From: Selaginella moellendorffii
Lineage: Eukaryota; Plantae; Lycopodiophyta
Reading direction: 5' to 3'
DNA: 64,000 nucleotides
Assembly (NCBI RefSeq): GCF_000143415.4
Contig: NW_003314263.1
Span: 2,668,041-2,732,040, forward strand
Shown: positions 57,772-64,000 of the stretch, piece by piece
Layout: the number at the start of each line of letters is the position of its first letter
Numbering within the stretch: the first letter of the stretch is position 1
Notes under the pieces: model-generated
Told to the model about the DNA's origin: nothing
What the model saw: only the letters and a program-made list of their open reading frames with translations
The model's database searches: none
Translations under genes and position numbers: made by a program

Positions 57772-59540
57772 TGTAAGCAATTAATTTTTCCATTCTAGTT
57801 TAGTCACTTAACCACACCTTCAACCGCTTGGAGGAGTCTCATTCACAACCTCCATAAGTCCTATTTTGGACCTGGGCTTGCTAGCCCCGAGAATGGCATC
57901 CCCGCCACTCAACCTTTGCACTTGGTCCAAGTGCTCCATGCGTCCGATCCCATGACCGACACCCCAAAGTGCCATCGACATATCAACCCATTACGCTAAA
58001 GCCATGCCCATTCACCTTGGTCACATCGGTGGTCTGACACCACCTGCATTAGAGTCCCGTCTCTCAAGGACTGGGCCAACCGTTCATGAGTGATCATCCC
58101 AGATCCACTCCTTAACATCCTTAGGATGCCCATAGACATAGGGATTAACCTTCCCCAATACCTTTTTTTTAGTCCCCACCAAGTCCCTTTCTGTCCATGG
58201 CTATGTTCACCAACACTGCCACTAGATCAAGGCCCACAAGCCCGACCACTAAGTCCCACGGTCCTCTGGGATTACCTTCTCACACGACCATATCCTTGGT
58301 CTCTACACTAGAGGATGGCTTCTCTTCCTTTTCATAGGCTGGGACTTTGGGGCAACATTTCGGAACACCATGGCCCTACACGAGCCTCGTGGGTACTCTC
58401 CCTGCCTTCTGCCTTTAGGTGCTCTAGCCATGGGCTTAGAGCGCACTAGGTATCCAAGTAGGTAGTGCCACCCACACTTGGACTGGGAGCATTGGCCAGT
58501 TGATCTCCCGGGGAAACTAGAGCTGACTTTTGAACACTTCACCAAGCTACCCTACTTATTGGTCCATGTTCACTTTAGTCTTGGACTTCCCAATGGGCAG
58601 CTCATCACCCAACACCGGGTACAGCCTTCCTAGGCCAAACTGGCTCCACTGCAGTCCTCCCCCTCACTATACTTTTGGAGCTCACCAAACCCCCCAGGGT
58701 CTAGGAGACAAACGCTTTGGGCTTTCACCCTCTCAGACTCAAACTCGGACTCAGACTCGGACTCGGACTCAGACTCGGACTCGGACTCGGACTCGGACTC
58801 GGTCTCGGCCTCGGCCTCGGACTCGATCCCGATCTCAGTCTCGGTCTCGGTCTCGGTCCCGGTCCCGGTCTTGGTCCCGGTCTCGGTCTCGACCTCGGAC
58901 TCCATCTCGAGTCCTTCTCGGACTCCATCTCAGATTCCATCTCGGGTCCATCTCGGACTCCGTCTCAGGTCCACCTTAGACTCCATCTCAAACTCCGTCT
59001 CGGTCCATCTCGGACTCCATCTCAGACTCCATCTCGGGTCCACCTCGGACTCCGTCTCGGTCCATCTCGGACTCCATCATCTCGGACTCCATCTCGGTCC
59101 ATCTCGGACTCCATCTCGGGTCCGTCTCGGACTCAATCTCGGATCCATCTCGGGTCCATCTTGGGTCCACCTCAGACTCCACCTCGGACTCCACTTCGGA
59201 CTCTAACTCGGGTCCATCTCGGACTCCACTTCGGACTCCACTTTGGATTCCACTTCGGACTCCAACTCGGGTCCATGTTGGACACTTCCACATGTCATGT
59301 GTTGGTCCTTTTTGGGTCCCTTTTTGAAGCCTCGCTTATTGCTCGCTTCATGCTCGTTCCTTGGGAGTTCCACTCCCGCTCTCGACCTTTCAAGTCGGAG
59401 CTTTTAGTCCAAACGTGTTACGCTCGTTTAGCTTTCGCTTCAGCCATTACCATATGCCACCCTTCCGGCTTCACTTTGAGGCCTAGGGATTTTGTGTCTC
59501 ACACTAGGCCACAAACAAGTGGAACAACAATGGCGCTACA
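57772..59540. mobile_element. GC-richer nested insertion (TG...CA-bounded, possibly a large solo LTR) splitting the host integrase
   Basis: Abrupt composition shift at TGTAAGC (57772). Host integrase resumes at ~59560 (EYKVDDLVL...QWNGPY). The segment ends GCGCTACA at 59540. No TSD found. Confidence 0.55.
58730..59275. repeat. Tandem 6/12-bp satellite (GACTCG, GTCTCG, GACTCCATCTCG variants)
   Basis: Visible directly in the sequence. A degraded inverted homolog, with shared flank GGTGAAAG..CAAAGCG / CCAAAAGTATAGT, lies at 43815-44115. Confidence 0.95.
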
Positions 59541-62164
59541 ACTCTTATCATCATCCATTTACGGAATACAAAGTGGATGACTTAGTGTTAATCCATTTTC
59601 CCAATTTCATAGTATTTGGTTTGTTTAAAAGGCTTTTTGCTCAGTGGAATGGACCATATTAAGTGTTGCAGTAAATTGAACTACAAATTTATGATATTTA
59701 ACATAACATCTAATAAAATAATCCTCCAAAAATTATGCATATGCAGTAACTAAAATGCTTTATATAAAGGGATCAAGAACAACTAGCACCACTTACAAAT
59801 CCACTAATGCCTCCTCCTAATATTTCTCTATATTCTGATTTATCTTTCATCCTTCTGAGACAAGGGGATTATGTGAGAACCAAGTGTATAACTATGATGT
59901 TGTATATTAATATTATTGTTGTAGGATTTTGATAGCTATCGGATTGATTTTAATCTGGACCACTTCCTCCTATATATAAGCTAGAGCTTTTGGGTAATTG
60001 ATATGCACATTTCTATATTCCATTTCCATATTTTATGCATTCAAAAATATATATTTAAATTAATTATAAATTATATATCAATTTTAATAGTTAAAAATTA
60101 AAGATAGATAATTTAATCTCCTAACTACTAAAGATTAGGCAGGGGACTTTATCTTTAGATTGATATGCCCATAAGTTATGTGATCTTTGCCTTAGTGTCA
60201 TTGATTTAATATTTAAAATAAAATCTTGATCTAAAAGTTTATCAACTATTAAAAGTCCTTTAGGAAAACTAATATATAGAGAAACCAATATAATAATTTT
60301 CTGTGCATTACATGCAACAACATTTGGTTTTTATAATAGTAGTATCATTCTTATTTAGTATTTTTGAATAATCCAATTGATCTATAATTATAAACATGTT
60401 TATAATTTATAAATTAAGTTCAATATTATTGCATATTACCCCTTAGATGGTAGAATAAAAATGAGTATACTTGGAAGTGTTTAGGGATATTTATGAATTA
60501 TAAATGTATTTATAAATTTAAATAAAATATTAATCTAAATGAATAACAACCGTTAGATGGTAGAATATCCTAGAATATCCAAGAATATTCTATGTATATC
60601 CACTACCATCCCACAGGTTTTGCTTAAGCAAACCAAAAATGTAATATAAAAACTAAGGTATTATCAAATCTGATGAGTTTTTACTTAGTTCATATTATTT
60701 TATGACTGATTTTCTAGTACTTTATACTAAAGCAAGGGACTTCTAGAGCAACTACAATCCATACAATATTATTGTAGAAAACTTTAAAACATATTTTTAT
60801 ATCTTCTCTCCATTCAGTCTTTGAAGTTGTTATAACTTGGACTCGCAAGTTTCATCCTTATCTAATATTGTATATTGAAGGTCATTATTCATCCTTCACA
60901 TCCTCTTTATCCTCTTTTTTTTTAAAAAAAAAGTGGAGTGATACCAAGCATATATGCCATAGTCCCATTCATCCCCTCTACCCCACCTTTAAAGGAAAAG
61001 TGATTTGAAGTAAAAAACTTTAAGGAAAAACAAAGTGGAAAAGGGAAATATAGGTAAAGAAGCATTGGAAAAAGAATTAGCAGTTGTAAAAGAGAAAATA
61101 GGGAAATAAAAAAAGGAAATATATTAAAAGCTTGGTTAAGAAGAGACTTTATGTTATAAGAAAACTCCATCCAAGCAAGAATGATATCATATTATAAAAT
61201 ACTTAAGATATATAAGTAAATGATTCTATGCACTCAACCTCAAATTCAACACTTGATAAGTGAAAATTAAAAGAAAATTCCACACTCTCAAGGGAATGGA
61301 AGAATCCTTTAGTAACAACAGTAACATATAAACTCTTAATGGCACTAATAAGTGGGGAAATACACAACCCAGAACTTTGATAAAAGTAACTCAATCTTTA
61401 GACCAGGGGAATACTCAAAAATAAAATTGATCAAAAACTCCACTAACAAGATAAAAGAAAGATTTTTGGCTACACAAACAATCTCAACATTTAAATTAAT
61501 ATAAGGAGGATAGAGAAGAAGAATTACAAGAAGATTAGAAGAAGAAATGATTTCAAATGAAGGAAAAACACTAGAAATACAAGAAAATGGCTCAACACAA
61601 GAAAAAAGAAATGGTTGGGAAATAATAAAAAGCAAAATAAAGGATTAAATGGTAGATTCCAGATTGACATCTACTCTATAAAATCTTTAATTCATCTATA
61701 AAGCTATCCTCAAAGAAATCAAACTCTTCATCATAATCAACAGTCCAATTGAGCTTATAAACATGGTCCTCTTAAAAACTTAGTCCTTGAACATCCTCCA
61801 AGGAACATATATAACTCTCTAATTGATGTCACAATACCTATGGGAAATAACAAGACACTAAGAACATAAAAAGTTATGTAATATAGAAGTTAAATACAGC
61901 AACATATTAAGGACTAAAGCAACACTAGCATTATCACAACCCATAACACCAAGTCAATATGAATTAACAGAAACAACATTATTGAGCTAGGGCAATACAT
62001 ATCAACTCTAGCATCTAACAGCACACTCTTTGATTGATAACTACATGCTATGGGGGAAAGAGGGAATGTAATGATGAAGAAATTGAAACACCACAAAAGC
62101 TACAAAGAATCCTGGACCAAGGTCTGGGGTGATGTAAAAGGCTAGGATAAATTGAAGTAGGGTG

Positions 62165-64000
62165 CTACAGCACATGAATTTCTCTCTGGATGGCAGTCAA
62201 CACTTCAGGCCCGACTACCTGGAGCTTGCCATTCACAAGCAGGCAGCCTTTGATGGACACCACTGCCTGCTCGTGACAACACTCCTTGCCATTGCCATTT
62301 TTATCACTAGCATTGCCACCACCACCACCAGCATCATCACCAGGTACTTGCAAGCTCGTCCTCTCATTAATGACAAGAACTTCACTTCCTTTCTCCACAT
62401 CCCAGGCCACAGTAAAAGTGCCGAGTGGATCTTCCTCCTCTTCCTCGTCACAGATCTTTTGTTTCTTTCTCGTGTCCTGATCCTTCATCACTGTAAGTGT
62501 AGTGCAGGTGACCTTCTCTTCCACGTCCTCCCAGCTGCTGCTATCACTACAGAGCTCCTTCGAGCATTCTACCAGCCATGAAGGCCGCACTCCTCCAAAG
62601 TAGCAAGAGGATGGAAGCATGCCTATAGCACAGGCTTGCCAGTTCCTCGCCAGTGTCCATCTCTGTCGTTGTGAGCCATTATGGAGACCGTCCTCTTCAC
62701 CACTCTGCTGCTCGTCTTGTTCTCTCCTCGTTCGTTCGTCTCTAGTGGCTCCTCTTCGTTCTTCCTCAGCCCCGCTACATTTGATATTCCCAGTCGTAAG
62801 AATTATCTCCTGCTGCGTCCTTTTCATCTCTGTCAGCCTTGACTCTAAACTGTTTAGCTCGGCCGGACTCTGGACCACACGAGCCTCGCCGTCGTCACCT
62901 AAGTCTTGTCCATTTCCATTTGTAATCGTCGTTGCTGGAGTTTGGAATTGACACAGCTTTTGAGCAAGCTGCGACGTTTTCTCCGCGTAATATACGTCAC
63001 CGACGAGCTTGACGAGCCTCAGCTTGACTTTGTGTTGTAGCTCTTGTTTCAGGCACGTGGACAGGAGCTCCCTGGTGAGCTCTTGAGAGATTTGGCCATG
63101 GACTCCACCGTTCTCGAGGTAAATCTCCATTTCCGGCTTTACAGTGACCCTCTTCTCTTTGCGCTCGAGAAGCCACTCGAGCCAGTCCGTCAGCTTGTTG
63201 GCCTCGAGATCACTGGAGATCTTTGCGACTTTGGCACCGTCTTCGCTGATTGCCGAGTAGCCTGTGCCGTCTGCTATTGCCCCTAAGCCTGCTAGTCGCC
63301 TGGTAATCCCGAGAGCCAGCATTGGTAGGATTTGTGGCATTGCGAGAGAGAGCTTGTTTATCGCGAACTTCCAGGAGAGATCCTCGACTGACGCCAGCTT
63401 CCTTGTGTTTGATCCAGTAGTTTCCATTTGATCTTCGTTGTTTGCGTCGTCTTTTTCTAGAAGCGCGTCGTCGATTAGTATCGAGACGATCTCCTGCGGC
63501 ACTGCTAGTGACGCCTTGATGAGTTTTTGGAGTAGCAAATCTCTGTCGTGACGAACTGAAAATGTTTCTCTTAGGAAATAAAAAACGACAATAGAAACTG
63601 GAACATTTACCTCTTTTCAATTGCCTCTTGTCGTGGCCGCTTAGATCCTCGCATGGAACATAGCTTTTTTGCAGCATGGTCACGTACTCCATGAGGAGAG
63701 CTTTAAGATGGGCTCGAGCAGCATGCAAAGTTGTCCTTTGGCGTTGCCAGTAGAAAGCCTTTAGCCACTCTAATGCCTACAAAAAATAGAAAATGTTAAT
63801 CATAGGGGGAAAAAATTGACAAAGAAAAGCATACTAACTTGTTTGCTTGCCATACGTAGCAACGATATCGCAGGAAGTTCTCCGTGAGCAGAATCTAAAA
63901 TACAAGTGATGGATTTCAAACAAGAAAAAGAAAAGCGAGAGAAAAAAGAGCATAGAACATACCATGGCGAATGCTCACTAGCAAGTGAGGAAGCTCTGCC
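62165..64000 (-). CDS. LAS1: Ribosome biogenesis endoribonuclease LAS1 (HEPN), 3' part; exons >64000-63963, 63894-63839, 63776-63611, 63555-62165
   Basis: Spliced translation: ELPHLLVSIRH|DSAHGELPAISLLRMASKQ|ALEWLKAFYWQRQ, which contains the HEPN RHxxxH motif. The C-terminal RWTLARNWQACAIGMLP is typical of plant Las1. Confidence 0.88.

Larger units (their letters stand above)
53775..60044 (+). mobile_element. Structurally complete but decayed Ty3/Gypsy element (LTRs 53775-53949 and 59872-~60044) carrying a nested insertion
   Basis: The two ~175-bp LTRs align (TGTGAG..CCAAGT.TAT...GGATTTTGATAGC...AAGCTAG...CACATTTCTA...TTTTATGCA.TCA). PPT GAGACAAGGGGA precedes the 3' LTR. AAATA flanks both ends (probable TSD). 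pol remnants at 55600-57750 (LTSGY*QV, RNaseH, SDNGP) and a GPY motif at ~59650. Confidence 0.85.

Noticed and set aside
58730-59275. Possible CRISPR-like array
   Set aside because: Short tandem units with no unique spacers, no cas genes and a eukaryotic context.
58530-59580. ORFs with RS/TR/LG/ES dipeptide runs resembling SR proteins
   Set aside because: They are by-products of a stop-free 6/12-bp satellite, open in several frames on both strands, inside a TE insertion.
60900-62100. Possible decayed LINE ORF1/endonuclease start on the minus strand
   Set aside because: AT-rich and fragmentary; only a YDII-like hint, with no unambiguous motif.

Overview
Eukaryotic nuclear DNA from a compact plant genome. 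Very short (~50-60 bp) GT-AG introns, an S-motif-rich PLS PPR gene and telo-box promoters point to a lycophyte such as Selaginella (inferred, not proven). Layout: (i) 1-10.3 kb is a patchwork of gene fragments and TE relics: a Crinkler-like REase-fold ORF running off the left edge, decayed copies of WDR83 and LAS1 whose intact genes lie elsewhere in this window, a hAT transposase relic, a TPR-SET pseudogene, a NIF phosphatase fragment, and a LINE with an LTR inserted in it. (ii) 10.5-31 kb is gene dense: a frameshifted, secreted, fungal-type FAD/BBE oxidase, a PLS PPR, a PR-4 barwin, a PB1 protein, three LRR-VIII-1 (HPCA1/CARD1-like) receptor kinases and an intron-containing tRNA-Met. (iii) 34-42.4 kb holds a TBL O-acetyltransferase, an orphan basic protein, a mitochondrial EngB GTPase and WDR83. 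(iv) 42.4-62 kb is a nest of decayed Ty3/Gypsy elements containing a MITE with a 4-bp TSD and a very AT-rich secreted gene (unknown domain plus bulb lectin). (v) The 3' part of LAS1 lies at the right edge. The best novelty leads are the Crinkler-like ORF, the fungal-type oxidase next to candidate H2O2/quinone receptors, and the AT-rich lectin fusion. All homology calls come from motif recognition only; no searches were run.
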